Shown: positions 1 through 11,073, counted from the first letter of the stretch. The stretch is 64,000 bases of DNA from an uncultured Acidobacteriota bacterium (GCA_963822445.1 CAWGHO010000003.1:192001-256000); one strand, 5' to 3'. Program-made: numbers and translations. Notes: a model not told the origin generated them from the sequence alone.

Positions 1-1
1 G

Positions 2-2161
2 TTTTCGCTCGAGGCCCAGGTTGCCGGCGCGTTCTGCGCGGGCATCACCGGCAAAGAGCTCGTCAATCCCGGCGAGATCGTCGGCGGCGGCGGTTTCCTC
101 CGCGGCCTCATCGACCTCGGCGTCGAAGCCCGCAGCGTCACCTACTACCAGCCGTCGACCGTCAAGAAGACACCTCCCGCCGCGGGCGGCTATGTCTGCG
201 TGAAGCCGACGCTGCGCGCCTACCAGGGCTATCAGGGCTGGAGTCTCGATCCGAAGAACCGGGTCACCGTCGTCGGCACGTCAGGTCCCGGCCCCACGCT
301 GCGCGCGAAAGTCGGCGACAAGATCGAGCTGATCTTCCTCAATCGCGTCGACCGCGCGAAGTTCAACCAGACCTCGCTGACGAGCATCAAGAGCGCGCCG
401 AACAAATGCGACACGGTCCTGAACACGGATGGCACCGAGGCTTATCCGGCGAATGACAAAGCGCGGTTTCCGAACTGCTTCCACGCTTCGAACACCAGCA
501 ACCTCCATTTCCACGGCACGCACACCACGCCGGGAACCTTCGGCGACAACGTTCTGATCGGCGTCCTGCCGCATCCCGGGATGAACCCGACCAACGCCAT
601 CGACACCGCGAAGCGGGCCTATGCCGACTGGGACGCCGGCAAGGACCCCACCAAGTGGCTCATCGAGGACGCGATGGCCAACCTTCAGGTGATGCTCGCC
701 GCGGCCGAAGCGGCGAAGGACGACGCGCTGGCGACGCAACTCCGCGACGCCATCAACACCAACGAGACCAACCTCGCCCACGGCGAGTGGCCGCAGTACT
801 GGCCGGGCTTCTATCCCCACTTCTTCGACCTTCCGATCTGGAGCGGCAGCCTGCAGAAGTTCCCGAAGATGGGGCAGTCGCCGGGAACGCACTGGTATCA
901 CTGCCATCAGCACGGCTCGACCGCGCTGCAGCTCATCAACGGCATGGGCGGCCTGTTCATCATCACCGGCGATTACGACGATCAGATCCTGCGCATCGGC
1001 GCGGCCACGCCCGACAAGCCGAAGTACAAAGAAAAGGTCATGATCTTCCAGATCTTCGGCGAGCAACCGCAGCAGATCCAGGCCAGCCCCACCACCAACC
1101 AGATCACCGTCAACGGCCAGGTCGTCCCCACCATCAGCATGAAGAAAACGGAAGTGCAGTGGTGGCGTATCGGCGACGCGGCCATGAAAGCGCACGGCGT
1201 CGGCGAGTTCGCGTTCCTCGACGAGCAGACCTACAACTACTACGTCAACAACCCCACCGCGCTGCAGGTGCCGGCGCAGGCCGGCAGCCCGACCATGGCG
1301 CCGCTGCCGGCGATCGATCCCGCCAAGGTCCCGAATCTCTACCAGACCGCGCAGGACGGCGTGCAGCTCGACTGGACCAACTTCACGCGCCTTTCGAAGA
1401 TGACCTCGACCATGCAGGCGCCGGGCAATCGCGCCGATTTCCTGGTCAAGGCGCCGGCCAACGCCGCCACGAGCTACCTCGTGTTCTGGTTCGCGGAGAA
1501 GGGTCCTCCCGCGCCGGCGGACATCCGCCTGAACCTCGTGGCCAAGATCGTGACGGCCGGTGATCCGGTCGGCGTCAACACGACCCTGCCCACCACCGAA
1601 GAGGAGTATCCGAAGCAGCCCGATTTCCTCACCGACGTCACCGACGAGGAGATCGAAGGCCGCCATCGCACGCTCGTCTTCAGCATGGAAGGCGGGATCG
1701 GTACCCAGCCGGTCTTCAAAATCGACGGCAAGCAGTTCGAGGAGGGGGTCATCGACCAGCTCATGCTCCTCGGCAATGCCGAAGAGTGGACCGTGGAGAA
1801 CATCTCCGGACGCTCGGTGATGCATCCGTTCCACATCCACATCAACCCGTTCCAGGTCACGGAGATCTTCGATCCGCTGACCATGAAAGAGCCGCTGAAG
1901 CTTCCGGCGCCGTGGGTCTGGTGGGACACCTTCCCGATTCCCGCGGGCGTGCAGAAGATCGCCAACGGCAAGTTCCAGTTCGACCCTGTGACGAACTTAC
2001 CGGTTCTCGAAGGACCTCCCGGTCACATCAAGATCCGCACGCGGTTCGTCGACTACCCCGGCACTTACGTTCTGCACTGCCACATCCTCGGCCACGAAGA
2101 CCGCGGAATGATGCAGCTCGTCAAGGTCATGGACAACAAGACCGTCGTCAAGCATCACTGA
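2..2161 (+). CDS. Multicopper oxidase (laccase-like), 5' end lies outside the window
   Basis: Four Cu-binding motifs: HFHG, HWYHCHQHG, HPFHIH, HCHILGHEDRGMM. The frame of ORF 200..2161 is open back to position 2 (FSLEAQVAGAFCAG...), so the true start is upstream. Confidence 0.9.
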   Translation, partial: FSLEAQVAGAFCAGITGKELVNPGEIVGGGGFLRGLIDLGVEARSVTYYQPSTVKKTPPAAGGYVCVKPTLRAYQGYQGWSLDPKNRVTVVGTSGPGPTLRAKVGDKIELIFLNRVDRAKFNQTSLTSIKSAPNKCDTVLNTDGTEAYPANDKARFPNCFHASNTSNLHFHGTHTTPGTFGDNVLIGVLPHPGMNPTNAIDTAKRAYADWDAGKDPTKWLIEDAMANLQVMLAAAEAAKDDALATQLRDAINTNETNLAHGEWPQYWPGFYPHFFDLPIWSGSLQKFPKMGQSPGTHWYHCHQHGSTALQLINGMGGLFIITGDYDDQILRIGAATPDKPKYKEKVMIFQIFGEQPQQIQASPTTNQITVNGQVVPTISMKKTEVQWWRIGDAAMKAHGVGEFAFLDEQTYNYYVNNPTALQVPAQAGSPTMAPLPAIDPAKVPNLYQTAQDGVQLDWTNFTRLSKMTSTMQAPGNRADFLVKAPANAATSYLVFWFAEKGPPAPADIRLNLVAKIVTAGDPVGVNTTLPTTEEEYPKQPDFLTDVTDEEIEGRHRTLVFSMEGGIGTQPVFKIDGKQFEEGVIDQLMLLGNAEEWTVENISGRSVMHPFHIHINPFQVTEIFDPLTMKEPLKLPAPWVWWDTFPIPAGVQKIANGKFQFDPVTNLPVLEGPPGHIKIRTRFVDYPGTYVLHCHILGHEDRGMMQLVKVMDNKTVVKHH

Positions 2162-2188
2162 CGAGTAGGTTCGTAGAGGAGAACGGTC

Positions 2189-4714
2189 ATGCGGAAGCTC
2201 CTGCTGTGGCTCATCGTAATCATCGTGGTTGTCATCGCCGGTCTGTGGATCTGGAAGCTCCTCGAAAAAGACGAAGACAAACCGGTAGCCGGCCAGGTCC
2301 TCGATGAGGCGAAGCTGGCCGGACGCGACGCGGCGAGCATGCCCGGCGCGGACGAGGACTACTACGCCGACATGGATTACGGCGTGACCAAAGATCCCGC
2401 GCTGATGCATGCGCGGCTCTCGCCGTACGTTCCGGGAATCACGCCGCAGGACGCGGTGCGCCGCGCCGCCATCGGCCGCAACAACTGGGTCGTCTGGACC
2501 GCGGGCAACGATCGTCTGTGGGACATCCTCTCGGTCAGCAGCTTCGGCAATCTCGATCTGCTCAAGACCGTCTCCAACCATCCCAATCTCAAGTTCAGCC
2601 GCGACACGCGCTGGCAGTACCTCGGCCTGGTGAACGAGCCCTGCTACAAGAAGAGCACCGCGCCGCGCGCCGACCGTTTCGGCCTCTGGCTCGATGAGCG
2701 GGTCACCGGCGGCGACTGCAAACCCGATCCCTTCGAGAACGAGCAGAAGTATCCCGGCGTGAAGTACGGCGCGCGCGGAACGGGCAAGCTGCCGGTCGGC
2801 TCGTACTACGGCTACGGCACGGGCATCGTCGGCCTGCGTCTCTTCCCGAATCCGAACTTCGACGAGAAGGCCGCGGCGGCGTGGGACCCGGTGCGCTACT
2901 ACACCGATCCCGCGTACTACCAGAGCGACAAGCTGGTGAAGCCGTATCGCGTGGGCATGTCCTGCGGCTTCTGCCACGTCGGCCCCAATCCCTCGAATCC
3001 TCCCGCCGATCCCGAGAACCCGAAGTGGGAAAACCTGAACAGCAACCCCGGCGCGCAGTACTTCTGGATCGATCGCATCTTCCAGTGGGAGCCCGACCAG
3101 GGCAACTTCATCTTCCAGCTCTTCCACACCTCCCGTCCCGGCGCGCTGGACACGTCGCTGGTCTCCTCCGACCAGATCAACAACCCGCGCACGATGAACG
3201 CGATCTACAACCTGCAGGGACGCCTGGACATCTCCCGCCGCTGGGGTCAGGAGAAGCTCGGTCCGGGATCGAACGACAACAAGCAGCTCAATGATTACGT
3301 CCCCGCCGGCACGCCGCTGACGCAGTACTTCGAGAAGCCGGACACGGTTTACACGACACACGTGCTCAAGGACGGCGCGGACTCGGTCGGCGCACTGGGC
3401 GCGCTCAATCGCGTCTACCTGAACATCGGCCTGTTCAGCGAAGAATGGCTCCTCCACTTCGTTCCGCTCCTTGGCGGACGGGACATCACGCCGATTCCCA
3501 TCGCCGCCGCGCGCAAGAACTCGACGTACTGGAACGCGAACGAGATGCAGACGCCCGATCTGGCGCTCTTCTTCCTCGCCAGCGCCACTCCCGATTACCT
3601 GGCGAAGGCGCCGGGTGGTGCGGCCTTCATGGCTGACGCGCCGCTCATCCCGCAAGGCAAAAAGGTCTTTGCCGAGCGTTGCGCGCGCTGCCACTCGAGC
3701 AAGCTGCCCGAGAAGACTCTCGCCAATCACTTCAAACCCGGCTGCGTCGGCCCGGACTACATGAAGTGCTGGAACGACTACTGGCAGCACACCAAGACGC
3801 CGGAGTTCAAGACCGAGATGACGGCCATGGTCAACGACCCGACGTTCCTCGACGGCAACTTCCTGTCGAACGACGTCCGCGTTCCGGTGACGCTGCTGCA
3901 GACCAACGCCTGCAGTCCTCTGGCGACGAACGCGATCCGCGGCGACATTTGGGACAACTTCTCCTCCGAGTCGTACAAGAACCTTCCCTCGGTCGGAAAG
4001 GTGATGATCCACCATCCGTACACCGGCGAGCCGTCCTGGTACGAGCTGCCGGACGGCGGACGCGGATTCACCCGCCCCGCGTCGCTGGTCAGCCTCTGGT
4101 CGACCGCGCCGTTCCTGCAGAACAACTCCGTCGGACCGTTCGAGTGGACCGGATCGGTCGCCGGCCGCATGAAGTCGTTCGACGCGTCGATCATCGAAAT
4201 GCTCTGGCCGGAGAAGCGCCAGGGAAGCAAGAGCTATCAGACCGCGTCGGGCAAAGCCCATCCGGGCGTCATCGACGTCACCACCGCGACGGCCTACCTC
4301 AAGGTTCCGAAAGGCTATCTGCCGAAGGACCTCCAGGGCCTGACCGGAATCCTGGGCTGGTTCCTCCCGAACGCGTTCCACGACGACAGCCTGCAGGTCG
4401 GTCCGATTCCGAAGGGAACGCCGGTCAACCTGCTGTCGAACATCAATCTGAAGACGCCGACCCCGCAACTGCTCAGCCTCGGCAAGACCCTGATCAAGGA
4501 CCTCAAGAAACTGCCGCGCAATGCGACCGACGACGATGCGCGAAAGGCATTCGCGAACGCGGTTCCCAAGCTGCTGGCGGCATCGAAGTGTCCCGATTTC
4601 GTGGTCAACCGCGGTCACTACTTCGGCACGGACTTCCTGCCCGCGAGCGAAGGGGAGCCGGGCCTGACCGACGCGGACAAGCAGGCTCTCATCGCGTATC
4701 TGAAGACGTTCTGA
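2189..4714 (+). CDS. Membrane-anchored di-heme c-type cytochrome (RoxA/cytochrome c peroxidase-like C-terminus)
   Basis: N-terminal TM anchor. Two CXXCH motifs (CGFCH, CARCH). SLWSTAPFLQNNSV and the terminal ALIAYLKTF resemble RoxA/CCP-type motifs. RBS GAGGAG upstream. Confidence 0.75.
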   Translation: MRKLLLWLIVIIVVVIAGLWIWKLLEKDEDKPVAGQVLDEAKLAGRDAASMPGADEDYYADMDYGVTKDPALMHARLSPYVPGITPQDAVRRAAIGRNNWVVWTAGNDRLWDILSVSSFGNLDLLKTVSNHPNLKFSRDTRWQYLGLVNEPCYKKSTAPRADRFGLWLDERVTGGDCKPDPFENEQKYPGVKYGARGTGKLPVGSYYGYGTGIVGLRLFPNPNFDEKAAAAWDPVRYYTDPAYYQSDKLVKPYRVGMSCGFCHVGPNPSNPPADPENPKWENLNSNPGAQYFWIDRIFQWEPDQGNFIFQLFHTSRPGALDTSLVSSDQINNPRTMNAIYNLQGRLDISRRWGQEKLGPGSNDNKQLNDYVPAGTPLTQYFEKPDTVYTTHVLKDGADSVGALGALNRVYLNIGLFSEEWLLHFVPLLGGRDITPIPIAAARKNSTYWNANEMQTPDLALFFLASATPDYLAKAPGGAAFMADAPLIPQGKKVFAERCARCHSSKLPEKTLANHFKPGCVGPDYMKCWNDYWQHTKTPEFKTEMTAMVNDPTFLDGNFLSNDVRVPVTLLQTNACSPLATNAIRGDIWDNFSSESYKNLPSVGKVMIHHPYTGEPSWYELPDGGRGFTRPASLVSLWSTAPFLQNNSVGPFEWTGSVAGRMKSFDASIIEMLWPEKRQGSKSYQTASGKAHPGVIDVTTATAYLKVPKGYLPKDLQGLTGILGWFLPNAFHDDSLQVGPIPKGTPVNLLSNINLKTPTPQLLSLGKTLIKDLKKLPRNATDDDARKAFANAVPKLLAASKCPDFVVNRGHYFGTDFLPASEGEPGLTDADKQALIAYLKTF

Positions 4715-4740
4715 ACGGCGTTTGAGCTGGGGGGAAACGA

Positions 4741-6645
4741 ATGGCGAGTGATGCGACCCGTTCTGCCGAGTATGAGTACGTCGTAGTTGGATCGGGAGCC
4801 GGCGGCGGGACGCTCGCCGCACGGCTCGCCGAATACGGGCACAAGGTGTTGTTGCTCGAGGCCGGCGGCGATCCGATGAAGTTGCAGGGATCGGATCCCG
4901 CCTACCCGGACAAGGAACGGTTACCCGAGGATTACGAGGTACCGGTCTTCCATCCGTTTGCTTCTGAAAACTCGGCGATGTCGTGGGACTTCTTCGTCCG
5001 CCACTACACCAATCAGCAGCTGCAGGAAAAAGATCCCAAGTGGGTCAAGGACTTCGACGGCAAGCCGGTCAACGGCGTCCTCTATCCACGCGCCGGCACG
5101 CTCGGCGGCTGCACCGCGCACAACGCGCAAATCATGGTTTACCCCCAGAACGACGACTGGAAGTTCATGGAGACCCTCACCGGCGACAGCTCCTGGTCGC
5201 CGGAGAACATGCGCCAGTACTTCGTGCGGATGGAGAACTGCCGCCACCGCCCGGGCTGGCGCTTTCTGTACAACTTGCTGCGCATCAATCCCACGAAGCA
5301 TGGTTTCCGAGGATGGCTGAGCACGGAAAAGGCGCTACCTGAGGCGGCGCTCGAGGACAAGGGGATCCAGGAGTTCATTGCCGAGACCATCGCCGCGGAG
5401 ATCGAAGACGAAGGCTCGTCGCTTGCCGAGCGTCTGAAGTGGCAGGTCCGCGGCCACGCCGATCCCAACGACTGGCGTCTGGTCAAAGACGAATCGACGG
5501 GCCTCCGTTACCCGCCGCTCTCCACGCACAAACATCGCCGGATCGGTGCGCGCGAGCGGGTAATCGACGTCGCCGCGAAACATCCCGACAAGCTGACCGT
5601 GGAGCTCGACGCGCTCGTGTCGCGCGTTCTTTTCGACGATCAGAACCGCGCCATCGGCGTCGAATACATCAAAGGCGCACGGCTCTATCGCGCCAGCCGC
5701 AAGCCCAATCCCGATCCCGGCCAGGTCAAACAGGTCTACGTCTCGGGCGAGGTCATTCTCTGCGGTGGTGCGTACAACACGCCGCAGATGCTGATGCTCT
5801 CCGGCATCGGGCCGAAGGAACATCTCGAGAAATTCAACATCCCCGTGCGCGTCGACCTGCCGGGCGTCGGCTCCAACCTGCAGGACCGCTACGAGGTCGG
5901 CGTCGTCAATCGGATGAACTTTCCGGAATGGTGGTGCCTCAAGGGCGCCAACTTCGAGAAGGGCGATCCGCAATACGAGCAGTGGACGAAGGGGAAGGGC
6001 GTCTACACGACCAACGGCGCGGTTGCGGCGATCATCAAACGATCCGCCAAAGAACGCCCGACGCCGGACCTGTTCATCTTCGCCCTCCTCGGATTTTTCC
6101 GCGGCTACTTCCCCGGATATTCGAAGATCTTCAAGGAAAAGAAGAACTACCTGACCTGGGCCATCCTCAAGGCCCAGACCCAGAACTGCGCCGGTCAGGT
6201 GCGGCTGCTCTCCAACGATCCGCGCGACGTGCCGTACATCGACTTCTGCTACTTCACCGAAGGCAACGACGTCGAGGGAACCGATCTCGCCTCGGTCGTC
6301 GAGGGCATCAAGTTCGTGCGCAAGCTGACCGAGAAGATGCGCAAGGAAGGCTTCATCGCCGCCGAAGAGCTGCCCGGTCCGGACGTCAACACCGATGAGG
6401 AGATCGCCGACTTCGTGCAGACCCACGCCTGGGGCCATCACGCGTCCTGCAGTTGCCCGATGGGCGTCCGTGACAAGGGCGGCGTGGTCAACACCAACTT
6501 CCAGGTCTACGGAACGAAGGGTCTGCGGATCGTCGACGCCTCGATCTTCCCGAAGATCCCCGGCTTCTTCATCGTCACCTCGGTCTATATGATCGGCGAG
6601 AAGGCCGCGGACGTGATTCACGCCGCGTCAGGGAAGGCATCGTAA
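4741..6645 (+). CDS. GMC family FAD oxidoreductase (choline dehydrogenase-like)
   Basis: VVGSGAGG dinucleotide-binding motif, [56 protein letters not shown]. Confidence 0.92.
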   Translation: MASDATRSAEYEYVVVGSGAGGGTLAARLAEYGHKVLLLEAGGDPMKLQGSDPAYPDKERLPEDYEVPVFHPFASENSAMSWDFFVRHYTNQQLQEKDPKWVKDFDGKPVNGVLYPRAGTLGGCTAHNAQIMVYPQNDDWKFMETLTGDSSWSPENMRQYFVRMENCRHRPGWRFLYNLLRINPTKHGFRGWLSTEKALPEAALEDKGIQEFIAETIAAEIEDEGSSLAERLKWQVRGHADPNDWRLVKDESTGLRYPPLSTHKHRRIGARERVIDVAAKHPDKLTVELDALVSRVLFDDQNRAIGVEYIKGARLYRASRKPNPDPGQVKQVYVSGEVILCGGAYNTPQMLMLSGIGPKEHLEKFNIPVRVDLPGVGSNLQDRYEVGVVNRMNFPEWWCLKGANFEKGDPQYEQWTKGKGVYTTNGAVAAIIKRSAKERPTPDLFIFALLGFFRGYFPGYSKIFKEKKNYLTWAILKAQTQNCAGQVRLLSNDPRDVPYIDFCYFTEGNDVEGTDLASVVEGIKFVRKLTEKMRKEGFIAAEELPGPDVNTDEEIADFVQTHAWGHHASCSCPMGVRDKGGVVNTNFQVYGTKGLRIVDASIFPKIPGFFIVTSVYMIGEKAADVIHAASGKAS

Positions 6646-7763
6646 TGCGATCGACTGTTGCGCTCTGTCTCGTGTTGTTCGCATTTGGCGCCTTCGCGTC
6701 CGATCACGCCGATCCGGCCGTGCTCGCGACCAAAGAGGCCGGCCTGACCGATCTCTTCTTCTATCCGAACGGCGACGAGTACATCCTGATGCTCTGCGTG
6801 CGGCCGGCACTCACCGCAAACCCGCCGTACAACCTCGAGCCCTTCACCTACAAGATCAACTTCGATCTGCACACCGGTCTCTCCTTCGACAACGCCGCGG
6901 ACAAGGCCCGCTACGGCGGCACGGTCATCAACCCGTCGAGCATCAAGCCGGACGTGACCATCACCTACACGCTCAACAACGACGCCACGCTCAAGTCGAA
7001 GACCATCACCGGCCTCACCAATCCCGAGCGCATCAGGGTCTACACCGGCGTGCGCGACGATCCGTTCATCTTCCCGAAATTCTTCGGCAAGAACACCATC
7101 GCCGCGGTCTTCTCCATCCCCAAGTCGTCGTTCCCGGCCGCACAGGAGAACTTCATCATCTACGGCGAGGCCTGGGAGCATGGCGACGAGCTGGTGGACA
7201 CCGTCGGCCGCTCGAATCGCAGCCAGAACGGCCGCTATCAGTTCCTGACCACCGTGCCCGTTCCGAAGCAGGTCGCGAAGCTGAAGGAGGAGTACGACAA
7301 GACCACGAAGATCTTCAACTTCCTCAATCGCGAAACGAAGACCCAGGGTCTGGCCGCGGCGTATCACAACCTGCTGCAGCTCTATCCCTACGACCTGACC
7401 AATCCCGACGTGATGATCTTCACCACGAAGTTCCCACCGGGATATCCGAATGGCCGCCTGCTGACCGACGACGTGGCCTACATCAGCTGTCAGTACGGCG
7501 ACTGCGCGCTCATGTCGCTGTCCTACGCCGAGAGTCCGCAGTTCCCGCGCGCGACGGTGAACGACAAGCCGTTCATGCCCGACTTCCCCTTCCTCGCCGA
7601 TCCCTGGCCGCCGTCCCCCGCGCCGCCGATGAAGGGTTTCGGCTGCACCACCATCCTCTGGATCGCGCTGATCCTGACCGTGGCCCTGGTGATCGTGTTG
7701 TGGATCGTGTCGCGGAAGAAGTGGAAGCACCAGTATCCGACGGTCGATCCCGCGAAGCTTTAA
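6645..7763 (+). CDS. DUF4331-like secreted protein with C-terminal TM anchor
   Basis: Signal peptide followed by SDHAD, GVRDDPF and GYPNGRLLTDDV. C-terminal hydrophobic helix with basic tail. Start overlaps the upstream stop (TAATG). Confidence 0.7.
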   Translation: MRSTVALCLVLFAFGAFASDHADPAVLATKEAGLTDLFFYPNGDEYILMLCVRPALTANPPYNLEPFTYKINFDLHTGLSFDNAADKARYGGTVINPSSIKPDVTITYTLNNDATLKSKTITGLTNPERIRVYTGVRDDPFIFPKFFGKNTIAAVFSIPKSSFPAAQENFIIYGEAWEHGDELVDTVGRSNRSQNGRYQFLTTVPVPKQVAKLKEEYDKTTKIFNFLNRETKTQGLAAAYHNLLQLYPYDLTNPDVMIFTTKFPPGYPNGRLLTDDVAYISCQYGDCALMSLSYAESPQFPRATVNDKPFMPDFPFLADPWPPSPAPPMKGFGCTTILWIALILTVALVIVLWIVSRKKWKHQYPTVDPAKL

Positions 7764-7838
7764 TGCCGTAGGACGATTACGTCTTGCGCCGCGGAGCGCG
7801 GGCGCGATAGAAGTGCCTCTGAAAAGAGGCAGTTCGTC

Positions 7839-10800
7839 ATGTCGTTATTTTTCAGATATTTGTGTGTCTTTGCCTTCTTCTGTTCTTGGGATGTCGCCGC
7901 CCAGCAGGCAGATCTCGCGGTCGTGAAAACCGGCACGACCAAGGCCAGCCGTGGCGAGCAGGTGTCCTACAACGTCCTGCTGACGAACGAAGGTCCGAAC
8001 GATGCCATCTCCGTCACGATGGTCGATCAGATTCCCGACGGCATGACGTTCGTCTCGGCGACCCAGAATGACGGACCGGCCTTCAACTGCCCCCTGCCGC
8101 CTGTGGGCTCGACGGGCTCGATCAATTGCACGAACGTGCTCTTCGCCGCAGGCGCCTCGGCCACGTTCACCTTTGTCTTCGCCATCGATGAGAACGTGGC
8201 CCTCGGCACGATTTTCACCAATATCGCCACGGCCAGCTCGCAAACACCCGATCCCGACAACTCCAACAACTCCAGCGAGGCCGTCACGGTGATGCCGGCC
8301 GCTGACCTGGAGGTGATCAAGACCGGTCCCGCGACTGCTTCAGCGGGGAGCGACGTCACCTACATGATCGAAGTGACCAACGACGGTCCCGATGAAGCGG
8401 TGTCCGTTGTGCTCGATGATGACATTCCCGCTGGTATGACCTTCGTCTCGGCGACCGCGCCCGCGGGATTCTCCTGCACCGACCCGGGCGTGGGACTCGG
8501 CGGCACCGTCACCTGCACAGCCACGACGCTGGGCATCGGTGCAAGTGCGACGTTCACGTTCGTGTTCAACATCGACGGGGCCACGCCGCCCGGCACGATC
8601 TTCAGCAATGTCGCCGAGGTTGCGAGCAAGGAGGAGGACGAACCGGTGATGTTCGATCCGAACGAGGAGAACAACTCCTCGGTCGTCGTGACCGTCGTTC
8701 CCTTTCCTCCCCAGGCCGACCTCGGCGTGATGAAGTCCGGGCCTGGCGCGGCCGGGCCGGACACCGATGTCACGTACACGATTTCGCTGACGAACGGCGG
8801 ACCCGCTGCAGCGACGAATGTCTCCCTCACGGACACGCTTCCGGGGACCATGACTTTCGTCTCGCTCGCCCAGACCGGCCCGGCGCTGAACTGCACCACT
8901 CCCGCGGTCGGCGCTGGCGGCACGGTGACCTGCACCGCCGCGAGCTTCCCGGCCGGGCAGACGGCGACGCTCACGCTCATCGCGCACATACCGGCGGACA
9001 CGCCTTCCGGCACGGAGTACTCGAACCAGGCCGTCGTGAATTCGGACCAGGACCCGAACGAAGAGAACGACGTCGCCACCGCCGCGACGATCGTCTCGGC
9101 GGTGGACATCTCCGTGGTCAAGAGCACCGCGGCGACCGCGGTCAATGCGGGAGACACCATCAGCTACACGATCAACGTCGCGAACGCCGGTCCTGATGCG
9201 GCGTTGACGGTGACGCTCGTCGATCAGCTTCCGCCGGGGACGACCTTTGTTTCGTTCATACAGAACAACGGCCCGTTCGCGGAGTGCACCCGGCCTCAGG
9301 TGGGCGCGTCCGGCACGGTCCAATGCACGTTCCCCATGGGCATTGGCGGCACCGCACAATTCACGCTGCAGATCCTCGCCGGCGACACGACGTCCATCAC
9401 CAACACCGCCGTGGTGACGACGGAAAACTTCGACGTCGACAACTCCGACAACAGCTCGAGCGTCACCACTCCCGTGACGCCGCAGGCGAATCTCGCCGTG
9501 GCGAAGAGCGGTCCGGCGACGATCACCGCCGGCACGGACGTGACCTACACAGTCACGCTCACCAACAACGGGCCGTCGACCGCGTCGAATGTCGCGCTGA
9601 CTGACGACGTGCCGGCTGGCATGACGTTCGTGTCCGCGACGCAGAACACCGGACCGACCTTCATCTGCGGCGGGGGAGCGACGATCACCTGCACGATCGG
9701 GACGTTCGCTCCGAGCGCGACGGCGACGTTCACCTTCGTCATGCACGTCGCGCCGTCGGCCACGGGATCGATTGACAACGTCGCCACCGTTGCGGCCACG
9801 ACCGCCGATCCCGCGGGCGGCAATAACACGTCAACTGTTTCGTCGACCGTCACGACGAGCGCGAATCTCGCGGTGGTGAAGAGCGGTCCGGCCTCCGCGG
9901 TCGCCGGTGAAACGGTGACGTACACCATCACCGCGAGCAATGCCGGTCCGTCCACGGCGGTGAATGTGACCGTCTCGGACATCCTGCCGCCGAACACCAC
10001 GTTCGTCTCCGCCACTCCGAATTGCAGCGAGGCCGCCGGTACGATTACCTGCACCATCGCCTCGTTCGATCCATCCGCGACAGCGACGTTCACATTCGTA
10101 TTTGCCGTCTCGCCGACGGCGACCGGCTCCGTCGTCAACACCGCCTCGATCACGTCCCCGACTCCTGACCCGGCGCCCACGAACAACAGTTCAACGACCA
10201 CGGCCAGCCTGAGCTCGAGCGCGGACGTGAGCGTGACCAAGAGCGGACCGGCTGCCGTCGCGGCCGGATCGAACGCGACCTACACCGTCACAGTTGCCAA
10301 CGCCGGTCCGTCGACCGCGTCGAACGTCACACTCACTGACACGCTCCCGCCAAATGCCACGTTCGTCTCCGTGGAACAGACCGCCGGTCCCACGTTCAAC
10401 TGCACGCCGCCCGCTGTGGGAACGACCGGTCAGCTCGTCTGCACGATCGCCGCGCTCGCTCCGGCGGCTCCGGCGACCTTCACCATCGTCGTGAACGCGA
10501 ACGCCGGCGCGTCGGGCACGGTCGACAACACCGCCACCGTGTCCTCGTCGACCGCCGATCCGAATGCGGCGAACAACACCGCGACGTCGAGCGCCGGTAT
10601 CGATCCCGGACCGACCGACCTCACCATCACCAAGACCGCGAGCGGCGACCGCTTCGGCGCGGGCAGCGCGGTGACCTACACCATCGCCGTCACGAACAAC
10701 GGCCCGAGCGTCGCCTTCGGCACGACGGTCACCGATGTTCTTCCCGCCGGAACCACCCTGCTCTCGGCGACCCCGAGCCAGGGCACCTGCACCGGCACGA

Positions 10801-11063
10801 CAACCGTCGTCTGCACCCTCGGCACACTGGCGCCGTCATCGTCGGCGACGGTGATTCTCGAGGTCCGGCTGCCGCTCACCATGGGCTCGGTCTCCAATAC
10901 CGCGAGCGTCTCCGCGGCGAACCTCGACACCAACGGCGCGAACAACGCTTCCACTACGGCTCTGGCCGTCGTCTCCGAGATTCCGTCGTTGTCCGAGTAC
11001 GGACTGATGCTGCTGGCTATGATGCTTGCGATGATTGGGATGGTGACCCTGCGGATCAGATAG
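7839..11063 (+). CDS. DUF11-repeat cell-surface protein with IPTL-CTERM-like sorting signal
   Basis: Eight ~130-aa repeats (xDLxVxKxG...TYT...NxGP...DxLP...NxAxV...DP..NN). Signal peptide. Ends IPSLSEYGLMLLAMMLAMIGMVTLRIR. Confidence 0.9.
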   Translation: MSLFFRYLCVFAFFCSWDVAAQQADLAVVKTGTTKASRGEQVSYNVLLTNEGPNDAISVTMVDQIPDGMTFVSATQNDGPAFNCPLPPVGSTGSINCTNVLFAAGASATFTFVFAIDENVALGTIFTNIATASSQTPDPDNSNNSSEAVTVMPAADLEVIKTGPATASAGSDVTYMIEVTNDGPDEAVSVVLDDDIPAGMTFVSATAPAGFSCTDPGVGLGGTVTCTATTLGIGASATFTFVFNIDGATPPGTIFSNVAEVASKEEDEPVMFDPNEENNSSVVVTVVPFPPQADLGVMKSGPGAAGPDTDVTYTISLTNGGPAAATNVSLTDTLPGTMTFVSLAQTGPALNCTTPAVGAGGTVTCTAASFPAGQTATLTLIAHIPADTPSGTEYSNQAVVNSDQDPNEENDVATAATIVSAVDISVVKSTAATAVNAGDTISYTINVANAGPDAALTVTLVDQLPPGTTFVSFIQNNGPFAECTRPQVGASGTVQCTFPMGIGGTAQFTLQILAGDTTSITNTAVVTTENFDVDNSDNSSSVTTPVTPQANLAVAKSGPATITAGTDVTYTVTLTNNGPSTASNVALTDDVPAGMTFVSATQNTGPTFICGGGATITCTIGTFAPSATATFTFVMHVAPSATGSIDNVATVAATTADPAGGNNTSTVSSTVTTSANLAVVKSGPASAVAGETVTYTITASNAGPSTAVNVTVSDILPPNTTFVSATPNCSEAAGTITCTIASFDPSATATFTFVFAVSPTATGSVVNTASITSPTPDPAPTNNSSTTTASLSSSADVSVTKSGPAAVAAGSNATYTVTVANAGPSTASNVTLTDTLPPNATFVSVEQTAGPTFNCTPPAVGTTGQLVCTIAALAPAAPATFTIVVNANAGASGTVDNTATVSSSTADPNAANNTATSSAGIDPGPTDLTITKTASGDRFGAGSAVTYTIAVTNNGPSVAFGTTVTDVLPAGTTLLSATPSQGTCTGTTTVVCTLGTLAPSSSATVILEVRLPLTMGSVSNTASVSAANLDTNGANNASTTALAVVSEIPSLSEYGLMLLAMMLAMIGMVTLRIR

Positions 11064-11073
11064 GAGATCAATC

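Noticed and set aside
1997-4822. 941-aa minus-strand ORF (likewise 281..1840, 5335..6621, 39751..41706, 41780..44245, and plus-strand 26531..28714)
   Set aside because: Antisense mirrors of well-supported genes, caused by codon bias.
7900-10970. Regular nucleotide repeats that might suggest an array
   Set aside because: Degenerate ~390-nt coding repeats of DUF11 domains. There is no identical repeat-spacer structure, so it is not CRISPR.
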